64,000 bases of DNA from an uncultured Verrucomicrobiota bacterium (lineage in GTDB: Bacteria > Verrucomicrobiota > Verrucomicrobiia > Limisphaerales > UBA1319). Below the pieces are notes generated by a model that was not told the origin of the DNA, did not search any database, and was given only the letters and a program-made list of their open reading frames with translations. Within the stretch, counting starts at the first letter, position 1, and each line of letters opens with the position of its first letter. Made by a program: the position numbers and the translations under genes. Positions 46,192 through 54,680 of this stretch are shown here, piece after piece. Where the stretch lies: positions 24,290-88,289 of the forward strand of contig CAIMWS010000344.1 in assembly GCA_903845125.1 (NCBI GenBank). The letters run 5' to 3'.

Positions 46192-47149
46192 GGCAATCCT
46201 TGCATTCGGATTTGGGTTTTTGCCGCCCCGCCAGGAAGTTTTCCACACCGGCCACCGAGCTGCGCAGGCGGTCCTCCCATTGCTGGCGGTTAGTGATGTC
46301 GCACGCCAGCGTTCGCAAAGCCTCCGAAGCCGCCACCTTGCGGGTGGTTTCCAGGACGCTCACGGCCAGGTTGGAAGCGCCGCCCACCGGTTGGTCGATC
46401 CGCTCCCACTGGCCGCCCGCCAGCTGGTTGGACAGGGAGGCGACCGTTTTCGGAAGTCCGCTAATGGTGGCGGTGAGATTGGATCCGTGGGCATCGGGCC
46501 AGGCCAGCCATTGTTCCGCCTGGTGGAAGGCCCCGGTGGGGCTGGACCAATGCTTGATCATGCCGGAGATGGCTGCAATGGATTGGGTGGACACCAGGGG
46601 GATTTTTTCGATGGATTCCGGGGCCCACTGGTTGGTGCTTTTCCGGTAGCGATGCAGCGCTTCATTGATCCGGCGTCCCATGTCCGAAAAGCTCACCGGC
46701 TCGAGGCAGGGGACCGTTTCGGCATCCACCAGCAGGCGCGATCCCATGTGGCCGGGGGTCACGTTGACCACCTGGTCTCCCAGCAACCCTTCCGGCAGCA
46801 CCGCAAACGCCGAGTTGGCCCCAATGTCAAACTGCCGTTCGATTTTCACCTTGATCTGGATGCGGTTTTGGATCTCGTTCCAGATCAGGCGGTCCACCCA
46901 GCCAATTTTGACGCCCGATAAACGGACCTCGGATCGGGCCGGGACCAGCGTGCCGGCATTGGCCGTCTGCAGGTTCAGTTCGTAGGTGTCGAAATTATAA
47001 TGGGCCGGATTGGTGAAAAACCAGGCGAGCGCGATGATCAGGCTGAAACCGAAAATCCCAAACGCCAGCACTGCCCGCGTGAAGGCGGCCAGGCTTGGCG
47101 GCTTCGCTCCGGCCGCCCTTTGGATTTGAGTCGCCGGCCTCAAAATCAT
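46181..47149 (-). CDS. MlaD/MCE-domain protein (first)
   Basis: The TM is AFTRAVLAFGIFGFSLIIALAWFF. The MCE-like region is LVPARSEVRLSGVKIGWVDRLIWNEIQNRIQIKVKIE. It overlaps the next MCE gene by 11 nt. Confidence 0.75.
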   Translation of the reverse strand: MILRPATQIQRAAGAKPPSLAAFTRAVLAFGIFGFSLIIALAWFFTNPAHYNFDTYELNLQTANAGTLVPARSEVRLSGVKIGWVDRLIWNEIQNRIQIKVKIERQFDIGANSAFAVLPEGLLGDQVVNVTPGHMGSRLLVDAETVPCLEPVSFSDMGRRINEALHRYRKSTNQWAPESIEKIPLVSTQSIAAISGMIKHWSSPTGAFHQAEQWLAWPDAHGSNLTATISGLPKTVASLSNQLAGGQWERIDQPVGGASNLAVSVLETTRKVAASEALRTLACDITNRQQWEDRLRSSVAGVENFLAGRQKPKSECKDCHGR

Positions 47150-47329
47150 GAATGGATCCGTTTGCCCATGGTTTGCCTTTGGCTCAGCTGTTTCCAGCCC
47201 TTACGACTAGCAAAAAGCCTGGGTTCAAGCAAGCAAAAGCCGGACCCTGTCCAAAGCCGGCCCCGGCAGTGAGGACGGCCGGGGACCCGTCAGGGGGTGG
47301 CTGAACCGGGCCGATCCTGCACAAGGCTG

Positions 47330-47348
47330 GTTCCGGAATTTCCGGAAC
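47330..47348. promoter_or_regulatory. perfect 19-bp palindrome GTTCCGGAA-T-TTCCGGAAC in a divergent intergenic region; candidate operator
   Basis: Read directly. It lies in the ~490-nt spacer between the Mce operon start (47149, minus) and the thioredoxin-fold gene start (47644, plus). Confidence 0.35.
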
Positions 47349-47643
47349 TTCAGCAGCGGGGTAGGGCAGGGGAACCGCGCTTGCGGCCCGCATTGAAGCC
47401 TGCGGCGATCGAATCCTCCCCCTGCAGCCACCGTTCGAACTCCCCCGGCTTGGCTGAGGCCAAGCATTTGAGGTGGAATTGATTGCGCCGCAGATGGTGG
47501 GCCCAGCCGGGGGGAGCGAACCGCGGCCATATTTGAACCGGTCGGCAAGCGGTGGATGATGAAGGTCTGGCGCAAGTAGATACAGCCGGCACGGACAATA
47601 CTGCGGTTGCCAATCGTTCCCGGAGGCAGTAAGTTGCCACGCA

Positions 47644-48252
47644 ATGAATGCACGGCTTTGGCTGATGGCCTTGGTGGTTTTGCTGGGCGCTCCGGAGAGC
47701 CGGGCGTTTGTGCATGCCCGGATCGGCAGTGTCATTGAAAATGCTGAAATGAAGGCGCTGGCGGGTGGCACGCAACCGCTCCTCTCCAACGCCACCGCCA
47801 ATGTTTTCATTTTTTTCAAGCCCGGGCAGGAGAATTCGCGCCGGGCGCTGGCCAGTTTGGCCGCCTGCCAGAAGGAATTGACCGGCAAATCCATCCGCTG
47901 GGTGGCCGTGGTTTCGGACCGGTTTTCCAAGCTGGAGGTGGAAAAGGAAGTGAAAGCGGCTGGGATCTCCATGCCGATCCTGGTGGATGCCGCGGATGTC
48001 CTGTATGGCCGGCTCGGTGTGGTGCTTTGTCCCGTCGTGGGCATTACGGATCAGGATCATAAACTGGCGGCTTATGAACCTTTCCGGAAGGTCAACTTCC
48101 AGGAAATCATCCGCGCGCGCATCCGTTTTTTGCTCAGGGAAATTAATTCCCGGGAGCTGGAGCGGGTGATTAAACCGCCTCGCGCCACCCAGAACGCCCA
48201 GGCTGGGAAACGGGACCAGCCGGGAGCGGATCGAGCCATCCCTGGGGCTTGA
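47644..48252 (+). CDS. secreted thioredoxin-fold (TlpA/redoxin-like) protein lacking the CxxC motif
   Basis: Signal peptide is MNARLWLMALVVLLGAPESRA. The redoxin-like layout is VFIFFKPGQENSRRAL (where CxxC would sit) ...SIRWVAVVSD...ISMPILVDAADVLYGRLGV...PVVGITDQDHKL. The overlapping minus ORF 47184..48044 is rejected. Confidence 0.6.
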   Translation: MNARLWLMALVVLLGAPESRAFVHARIGSVIENAEMKALAGGTQPLLSNATANVFIFFKPGQENSRRALASLAACQKELTGKSIRWVAVVSDRFSKLEVEKEVKAAGISMPILVDAADVLYGRLGVVLCPVVGITDQDHKLAAYEPFRKVNFQEIIRARIRFLLREINSRELERVIKPPRATQNAQAGKRDQPGADRAIPGA

Positions 48253-48317
48253 GGCCCCAGCAACAACCGGAAGTTTTTATCCCAAATTAAACAACCTCAA
48301 CCAAACAAACCTACACA

Positions 48318-49130
48318 GTGAACCAAAAACATACCTGCCTCAGAACCAGTTTGCTCATCGCCACCCTCGGGGTCATCAGCTCCACCGGGCCCTCCAGCGC
48401 GGATGCCGCCCAGGAAAAACCGGCTGCCCCGGCCACGCAGGCCGCCGGCCAGCCCGCCGCCAGCGCCGCCCAAGGCTTCCCCAGCAGCCAGGGTTTCAGC
48501 GGCAAAGTCGTGGAAACGATGAATGCCGCCAGCTACACCTATGTGCTGGTGGACACCGGCAGTAAAAAGCTGTGGGCGGCGGCGCCCCAGTTCCAGGTGA
48601 AGGTGGGGGATGCCATCACCATTGAAGGCGGCCTGCCGATGGAGAAATACCACAGCAAGACTTTGAACCGCGAGTTCGAGGTGGTTTATTTTACCGGCCG
48701 CGCCCTGGTGGGCGGCGCCCAGGCCAGCGCCGCCTTGCCCAGCGCCAGCCTTCCGGAAGGCCATCCCCCCCTGACCGGCGCCGCGGCGCCGGCGGCCAAA
48801 ATCGACTTCGCCGGCCTCAAGAAGGCCGCCGGGGGCAAAACCGTTTCGGAAATTTACGCCGTCCGGCCCAAGCTCGCCGGCCAGAAAGTGGCTGTGCGCG
48901 GGAAAGTGGTGAAGTACAACGCCATGATCATGGGCAAGAACTGGCTCCATTTGCAGGACGGCACCGGCACCCCGGGCAGCAATGATCTCACCGTCACCAC
49001 CGTTTCCGAGGCCAAGGTGGGCAACACGATCGTGGCCACCGGTACTATCGCTATCGATAAGGATTTCGGCGCCGGCTACAAATTCAGCGTGATCCTCGAA
49101 GACGCGAAGGTGGTGGTGGAACCGAAATAG
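48318..49130 (+). CDS. secreted protein with two OB-fold-like repeats
   Basis: GTG start at 48318 with signal-like LRTSLLIATLGVISSTGPSSADA and an A/P/Q-rich linker. The two similar halves are GKVVETMNAASYTYVLVDTG...VKVGDAITIEG and VAVRGKVVKYNAMIMGKNWLHLQDGTG...AKVGNTIVATG. Confidence 0.6.
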   Translation: MNQKHTCLRTSLLIATLGVISSTGPSSADAAQEKPAAPATQAAGQPAASAAQGFPSSQGFSGKVVETMNAASYTYVLVDTGSKKLWAAAPQFQVKVGDAITIEGGLPMEKYHSKTLNREFEVVYFTGRALVGGAQASAALPSASLPEGHPPLTGAAAPAAKIDFAGLKKAAGGKTVSEIYAVRPKLAGQKVAVRGKVVKYNAMIMGKNWLHLQDGTGTPGSNDLTVTTVSEAKVGNTIVATGTIAIDKDFGAGYKFSVILEDAKVVVEPK

Positions 49131-49205
49131 CCCGCCTGGCGGACTCAACGGTGCCCCTGACGGCTCAGTTTTTCCGCCCGGCCGGATAATCCGCTGGCAG
49201 CGAGG

Positions 49206-50309
49206 TTACTTGGGATTGCCCAGGAATTCCGGCAGATGGAATTCCTTGCCCTCGACGATGTGATCGATGGCGCTGGTAACCTGCGGGCTGGATATGGCCT
49301 GGATGCGCGCTGGCGGATAACCGATGGAGGCGAAATCCACCAGGCTCCCTTGCGCCCGGTGGCAGTCCGTGCAGTGCAACGTGGGATTGCGCCGCTGCGG
49401 GTGAATCTGCTGAAGCAGCTGTTTTTTCTGCTCTTCACCCAGGGCATTGCGCTGGCTCAGAAAATCCCGCACCGCCGATTCATTTCCGGTATTCCTTAAG
49501 AACGGCTTCCGGGCGCCGGCCTCCAGCAAGGCCAGCTTGGCGCCATATTCTCCACGGAAATGCCCTTGGACTGCATCGCGGGTCACCTTGACCAGGCGGC
49601 GGAATTCATCGCTGGTGACGCGAACCGCCGCCAGGTGCTCCGCCAGGGCGGAGAGCTCGGTTTCCCCGTGGGCCTCGGTGGAGGCGGCCCGGAGCAGCCG
49701 CACGATGCCGGCCTGGTCCTGCACCGTGAAATTCGTGGCGCCGCGCGTGGCCGGGCTCGTCAGCCATTCAAAAGCCCGCAGCAAGGATGGGGCTTCAGTG
49801 AGCGTCTTGCCCGACTTCAAATCATACCAGGCCAGCGCCAGTGGTTTCTGGTCCGTACGCACATGGCACACTCCGCAATGCAGGCTGGTGGCGTGCATGT
49901 TCAGGAAGGCCCGGTCGGCCTTGTTCTTGCCGTGCGGCAGGGGATCGTGGCATTGGCTGATGGTGCACCCGTTCAGCCGGTCGCTCTGGAAGCCTTCGTC
50001 CAACCGGTGATAATGAGAGAGCGGGCTGCGCCGGTTCGCGGCGGTGGTTCCCGCCGCGGCGGCGGTTTCCGGGCGCAGCAGGACCGATTCGCTGAGCCGG
50101 GTGGGAACGTCCGTGATCCGGGCGGGCGGGCGGGCGGGCAGCATCAAGGAGGAAATGAGATAATAGCAGGCCTGGCCGCTCAGGCCGAGGATGATCGTGA
50201 TCAGCAGCAAAGCGTAACAGCGTTTGCCCAGGCCCCAGAGCAGCCGGCCCGCCAGCGCCAGGGCGCCGCCGGTCTTCCCCGGATTGTTGGATCCAGCGTC
50301 GTGGCTCAT
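49206..50309 (-). CDS. membrane-anchored c-type cytochrome (two CxxCH plus one Cx4CH motif)
   Basis: The TM is CYALLLITIILGLSGQACYYLISSL. Motifs are CTISQCH (Cx4CH), CGVCH and CTDCH. ATGA overlap with the upstream multihaem/cyt b gene. Confidence 0.75.
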   Translation of the reverse strand: MSHDAGSNNPGKTGGALALAGRLLWGLGKRCYALLLITIILGLSGQACYYLISSLMLPARPPARITDVPTRLSESVLLRPETAAAAGTTAANRRSPLSHYHRLDEGFQSDRLNGCTISQCHDPLPHGKNKADRAFLNMHATSLHCGVCHVRTDQKPLALAWYDLKSGKTLTEAPSLLRAFEWLTSPATRGATNFTVQDQAGIVRLLRAASTEAHGETELSALAEHLAAVRVTSDEFRRLVKVTRDAVQGHFRGEYGAKLALLEAGARKPFLRNTGNESAVRDFLSQRNALGEEQKKQLLQQIHPQRRNPTLHCTDCHRAQGSLVDFASIGYPPARIQAISSPQVTSAIDHIVEGKEFHLPEFLGNPK

Positions 50310-52246
50310 ATGGAAGCCTCCTCCCGTTCGCCATCTTCGGTGATGCCCAGCGACCTGGCTACCTCCCGCACCTGGTCGGAATGCCCTTCGCTCATTTCGG
50401 CCACGGGCGTGTCGCCGGTGATGGTCGCCAGCGACAAGGGGAATACGTTCGGCGCGAGCATGACGTTGACAATGTGCAGGATGCCCACATGAATGATCGC
50501 CAGAAACGCCTCAAAGGTGTGCGCGATCAAGGCGAAATTCAGCACGCGGCCCGAGAGGAAATGCGAGCTGATTTCGGCACCCCAGAGCATGAATCCGGTG
50601 GCGCCCAGCAGCACGGTGCCCCAGAAGACCCCGATGTACTCAAATTTTTCCTTGATGCTGAAGCGTCCGAAAGTGGGCCGTTCCTTGCGCAGGTGCAGCA
50701 GGTGGGCCAGTAGTTGGACAAAATCGAGGACATCGCGCGGGCCAATCCACAGCGGCAGGGAGATGACGGATTGGATCCAGCTCACCGGCCGGCCGGCGCG
50801 GGCTTCGAACCGCCGCTTCAGATACATGGTCGCCAGGATGTAAACGCCATGCCCGGCCAGCCCGGCCACGAGCAATACCCCGCCCCAGTGGTGGATCATG
50901 CGGGCCACGTTCAGGCCGCCGAAGCTGTCGATCAGGAACCGCGACCATTCCCGGTCGGCAAATTTCAGCGGGAACCCCGTCAGCACCAGCAGGGTGAACA
51001 GGATGGCCAGGAACCAATGCTGCAGCCGCTGGGCGATGGTGAAGCGCATCAGCCGTTTCCGGCCCTCGGGATGCGCCAGCACCGCGCGGGTGAGATGCTC
51101 CATGCGCCGATCGTGGTGGTGCGCCCAGCCTACGACCTGGGGGAATAGCTCGAGCACGCAGATCGCCATGGATGGCCCGAAGGTGGCGATGGTCAGCAGG
51201 ATGAAGGCCGCCGCCAGCCAGAACTCCATGGTTCCCCGGATGGAGGGCAGGTCCAAATGCACGCCCGCGGCTCCCAGGGGGGCGTCCGCCCCCGGATGGC
51301 AGGCCGCATTGCGGCAGGTGTCCGCCACGCGCACCGAGCTTACCGAAGAGGCCGGGTTCTCCGGCTTGAGCATGAGGTGGGCATTGGCGCCCGGGGCGAT
51401 GTGGCAGGAGAGGCAGTTCGCCGTTTTTTCGTCGCCCAACAGGGCGGCCTTGCCGTGGAAGCTGAGGATGTAGCTGCTCACGGAATCCTTCATTTTGAAT
51501 TGGTCGCGCACCGCCGGATCGCTGTGGCAAACGGAGCAGACCTGGGCCATTTCCAGGGTCGGCCGCGCGGTTTGCAGGCGGGCGGCCATATGCCGCAGGT
51601 AATAGGCGGTATCGGCTGGCGTTTGCCGCTGGTGGCAAACATCGCAGCGGTCGTAAGTCCGCGTCCCCAATTCCTTCAGCACCGGGATCGAGCCGGTGGG
51701 ATCCCGGAAAACCGGCTCATCGTGGCAAAAAAGGCATTTCGACTGCCCCGAGCCTAGCAACCGCCCTTTGATCTCCCCGACTTTCTTCAGCACCTCGCTG
51801 GTGTGAACCCCTTTTTCCATCATCTCCGCCACATTGCGGTGGCTGAAGCGCTGCTCCGTTACCCCGGGTGTGCCCACATGGCAATTCTTGGTGCAATCGA
51901 CTTTGGAAATCGTCTTGTGGGGCACCACGGCCACCTCGCTACGCTCGTGGCAATCGGTGCAGGATATCACCGCGTGCGGCCCCAGGCGCTGGTGGACATA
52001 TTCCGGCTGCACGAAGAACACGTGGGAGACATCGTTGCTATAGTTGAAATAGCTTAGACCGCGGTATTGGTGGCAGAAAAGGCAGTTATCCGGGTCATCC
52101 GCGCGGGCCGGAGAGGCCGCGCACCAGAGGAATATCACCCCGGCCAGTGCCCGCATCAAGCCGCGCAACAGCCCCTGCCCCAGTGGTTTGCTCCGTCCAG
52201 ACCTCATGCGCGCAACTTCTGAAACCCATGGCTTTGGCGCCAGCAT
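50306..52246 (-). CDS. multihaem c-type cytochrome domain fused to a membrane di-haem cytochrome b (FdnI/HydC-like) domain; CbcL-like architecture
   Basis: The N-terminal periplasmic half has CLFCH, CTDCH, CTKNCH (Cx3CH), CLFCH, CDVCH, CSVCH, CLSCH and CRNAACH (Cx4CH). The C-terminal half has ~5 TM helices with conserved His (QRLQHWFLAILF, ARMIHHWGGVLL, LIAHTFEAFLAIIHVGILH). The start may instead be an internal Met (52207). Confidence 0.85.
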   Translation of the reverse strand: MLAPKPWVSEVARMRSGRSKPLGQGLLRGLMRALAGVIFLWCAASPARADDPDNCLFCHQYRGLSYFNYSNDVSHVFFVQPEYVHQRLGPHAVISCTDCHERSEVAVVPHKTISKVDCTKNCHVGTPGVTEQRFSHRNVAEMMEKGVHTSEVLKKVGEIKGRLLGSGQSKCLFCHDEPVFRDPTGSIPVLKELGTRTYDRCDVCHQRQTPADTAYYLRHMAARLQTARPTLEMAQVCSVCHSDPAVRDQFKMKDSVSSYILSFHGKAALLGDEKTANCLSCHIAPGANAHLMLKPENPASSVSSVRVADTCRNAACHPGADAPLGAAGVHLDLPSIRGTMEFWLAAAFILLTIATFGPSMAICVLELFPQVVGWAHHHDRRMEHLTRAVLAHPEGRKRLMRFTIAQRLQHWFLAILFTLLVLTGFPLKFADREWSRFLIDSFGGLNVARMIHHWGGVLLVAGLAGHGVYILATMYLKRRFEARAGRPVSWIQSVISLPLWIGPRDVLDFVQLLAHLLHLRKERPTFGRFSIKEKFEYIGVFWGTVLLGATGFMLWGAEISSHFLSGRVLNFALIAHTFEAFLAIIHVGILHIVNVMLAPNVFPLSLATITGDTPVAEMSEGHSDQVREVARSLGITEDGEREEASI

Positions 52247-52429
52247 TCGGGAGATGCTTTATTCGCTTGGAAAGAGGCACAGAGCATTTTCTGGTGCATG
52301 GTCTGAATTTTTAACTGGCGGCTTTTCCGCGTCAAGCCTCGTCTTCAAGTCCGCCCGAGGCGGGGGTGGGCTTTTCACCCGCAAGAATTTTGCTGTTCCC
52401 GGCGGGCTGGAAAACCGTAACGTGGAAGG

Positions 52430-54451
52430 ATGTCAGAGGCGGAAAACATGCCCGGTTCATGGACCGCACCCGATTTGCGGATCGATTACACAAAGGAGCT
52501 GAACCCCGCACAATGTGCGGCGGTGACCGCTCCCCCCGGCCCCGCGCTGGTGATCGCCGGAGCCGGCTCCGGCAAAACCCGGGTGCTCACCTACCGGGTC
52601 GCTTTCCTGCTGGAGCAAGGCATCCCCCCGGAGCGCATCCTGCTGCTCACTTTCACCAACCGCGCTGCCCGCGAAATGATGGAGCGGGTGACCCGGCTCC
52701 TGGGCCGGGAGCTGCCGGATTTGTGGGGGGGTACTTTTCATTCCATCGGCCATCGCTTTTTGCGGCGCCATGCCGAAGCCGCCGGCTGCCAGCCCAATTT
52801 CACCATCCTGGACCGGGAGGACGCCGAAAAGCTGCTGGCCCAGTGCGTGGAGGAACTGAACCTGGATGCGACCGGCCGTTTCCCCAAAAAGGAGGTGCTG
52901 GCCAGCCTTATTTCCCTGGCGGCCAATGCCCGGGAAACCATCGCGCAGGTCATCAGCCGTCAATTCAGCTGGCTGGCGGAATCCGCCGGGGAAGTCCAGT
53001 CCCTGGCCGGCCATTACCAGGCCCGGAAGCGGGCCGGCAACCTGGTGGATTTCGACGATTTGCTGGTGCTCTGGCTCGAGCTGCTGGAAAAGGACGCCGG
53101 CTTGCGGGAGCGTTACCAGCGCCAGTTCCAATTCATCCTGATTGACGAATACCAGGACACCAACCGCCTGCAAAACGCCCTGGTGGAGCTGCTGGCGGGG
53201 CGGCACCAGAATATCCTGGCCGTGGGGGACGACGCCCAGAGCATTTACTCCTGGCGTGGGGCCCACTTCCTGAACATCCTGGAATTCCCCAAGCGCCACC
53301 CCACCGCCCAGGTTTACAAAATCGAAACCAACTACCGCAGCACCCCGGAAATCCTGGACGTGGCCAATGAAAGCATCGCCCGCAACGTCCATCAACACCC
53401 CAAGGATCTCAACGCGGAACGGCGGTCCGGCTTGAAACCAGTATATGTGAAGTGCCTGAACAGCCGCCAGCAGGCCGTGCTGGTGGCCTCCCAGATCCAC
53501 CGGCTCTGGAATGAAGAAGGGGTGCCGCTGGGGGAAATGGCCATCCTCTACCGCTCCCATTTCCACGCCATGGATCTGCAGCTGGAGCTGCGTCAGCGCC
53601 AGATCCCCGCCGAGGTCACCAGCGGCGTGCCTTTTTTCGAGCAGGCCCACGTCAAGGATGTGGCCGCCCACCTGCGTTTGGTGAATAATCCGGAGGATGA
53701 ATTCTCCTTTCTGCGTGTGGCGCAGTTGATGCCCGGCATCGGCCAAAAAAGCGCCCGCAAACTCTGGGGCCGCTACCGGGACGCCCGCCGGGCATTCGGG
53801 GCCGGGCCGGACCCGGCGCTGGACCTGCGCGGCCTGGAGGCCTGCGAACCGTTGGCGCCCGCCAAAGGCCGGGCGGCCTGGAAGCAGTTCACCGAAACCA
53901 TGCGGCAATTGCACGAAAAAGCCCCCGGCCAGCCCCCGGCGGACCTGATCGGGCTGGTTTTGGATGCCGGGTACAGCGAATACCTGAAATTGACCTTTGC
54001 CAATGCCCCGGCCCGCCTTGAGGATCTCCGCGGGCTCAAGGAATACGCCCGCAAATACCGCAAACTGGACGATTTCCTCGGCGATCTGGCGCTCCAAACC
54101 AGCCTCACGGAACCCACCTCCGCCGCCAGCCCCCCGCGGGACCAGGCGGTGCGCCTCTCCACCATCCACCAGGCCAAGGGCCTCGAGTTCAGCGTCGTGT
54201 TCCTCATCATGCTGTGCGAAAACTTCTTCCCCTCCGCCCCGGCGGTGGAATCCGGGCGGGAGGAGGTGCTGGAGGAGGAGCGCCGGTTGTTTTACGTGGC
54301 CGTGACCCGCGCCAAGGATTTCCTGTTCCTCGTCTCCCCCCTGATCCCCAATGTGCGCGACGCGGACCACCGCCGTGCCCTGCCTTCCCGCTTCGTGGGG
54401 GAACTCTCCCTGGATAAGCTGGAGGAAGTGGATCTCACCACCTGCACCTGA
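52430..54451 (+). CDS. UvrD/PcrA/Rep-family ATP-dependent DNA helicase
   Basis: LNPAQCAAVTAPPGPALVIAGAGSGKTRVLTYRVAFLL (motif I), LLLTFTNRAAREM, FILIDEYQDTN (motif II), LAVGDDAQSIYSWRGA, YRST, and VRLSTIHQAKGLEF...VAVTRAK. Confidence 0.9.
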   Translation: MSEAENMPGSWTAPDLRIDYTKELNPAQCAAVTAPPGPALVIAGAGSGKTRVLTYRVAFLLEQGIPPERILLLTFTNRAAREMMERVTRLLGRELPDLWGGTFHSIGHRFLRRHAEAAGCQPNFTILDREDAEKLLAQCVEELNLDATGRFPKKEVLASLISLAANARETIAQVISRQFSWLAESAGEVQSLAGHYQARKRAGNLVDFDDLLVLWLELLEKDAGLRERYQRQFQFILIDEYQDTNRLQNALVELLAGRHQNILAVGDDAQSIYSWRGAHFLNILEFPKRHPTAQVYKIETNYRSTPEILDVANESIARNVHQHPKDLNAERRSGLKPVYVKCLNSRQQAVLVASQIHRLWNEEGVPLGEMAILYRSHFHAMDLQLELRQRQIPAEVTSGVPFFEQAHVKDVAAHLRLVNNPEDEFSFLRVAQLMPGIGQKSARKLWGRYRDARRAFGAGPDPALDLRGLEACEPLAPAKGRAAWKQFTETMRQLHEKAPGQPPADLIGLVLDAGYSEYLKLTFANAPARLEDLRGLKEYARKYRKLDDFLGDLALQTSLTEPTSAASPPRDQAVRLSTIHQAKGLEFSVVFLIMLCENFFPSAPAVESGREEVLEEERRLFYVAVTRAKDFLFLVSPLIPNVRDADHRRALPSRFVGELSLDKLEEVDLTTCT

Positions 54452-54514
54452 GGGTTGGGAGCGGATCCGCGTGGCCACCAGGCGGCGCCCCGCGGAGGCA
54501 CCTCAAAAAAACGC

Positions 54515-54541
54515 TAAAGGGTTTTTCCAGGCTGCCGATAA
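54515..54541 (+). promoter_or_regulatory. sigma-28 (FliA)-type promoter of the flagellin gene
   Basis: TAAA (54515-54518), then exactly 15 nt, then GCCGATAA (54534-54541). This is a full match to the TAAA-N15-GCCGATAA class. It is located ~140 nt upstream of the flagellin ATG. Confidence 0.7.
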
Positions 54542-54622
54542 TAATGGCGTAACTAGGGTTGCCAGCCACCCGAAAGAGCTGGCGAGGAACAATGGCGGAC
54601 GCCTCCAAGAATGGTTCGCCAC

Positions 54623-54677
54623 GCGGCATGGATGCCGCAAGAAAAAAACCCCGCAAGGGGGACTCATGGAAGGAGTC
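54623..54677 (+). promoter_or_regulatory. two GGA-loop hairpins in the flagellin 5' leader, the second covering the Shine-Dalgarno; CsrA-binding-site-like
   Basis: Hairpin 1 is GCGGCA-UGGA-UGCCGC (54623-54638). Hairpin 2 is GACUC-AUGGAAG-GAGUC (54661-54677) and contains the AAGGAG SD, 3 nt before ATG 54681. Both present CAUGGA. Confidence 0.45.
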
Positions 54678-54680
54678 GTT

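Noticed and set aside
47425-47450. GTTCGAAC-containing segment resembling a tRNA T-loop
   Set aside because: The flanking bases do not form a T-stem, and no acceptor or anticodon arms can be drawn. I could support no tRNA anywhere in the window.
47184-48044. 286-aa minus-strand ORF spanning the Mce/thioredoxin spacer
   Set aside because: It overlaps the plus-strand thioredoxin-fold gene, which has a clean signal peptide and redoxin-like layout. Its own sequence is Ser/Arg/Pro/Ala-rich without motifs.
54351-54680. N-terminal 110 codons of track ORF 54351..55511, upstream of the flagellin N-terminus
   Set aside because: It overlaps the end of the helicase gene and contains the sigma-28 promoter and leader hairpins. 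Canonical flagellin begins at MVINTNT (54681), directly after an AAGGAG SD.
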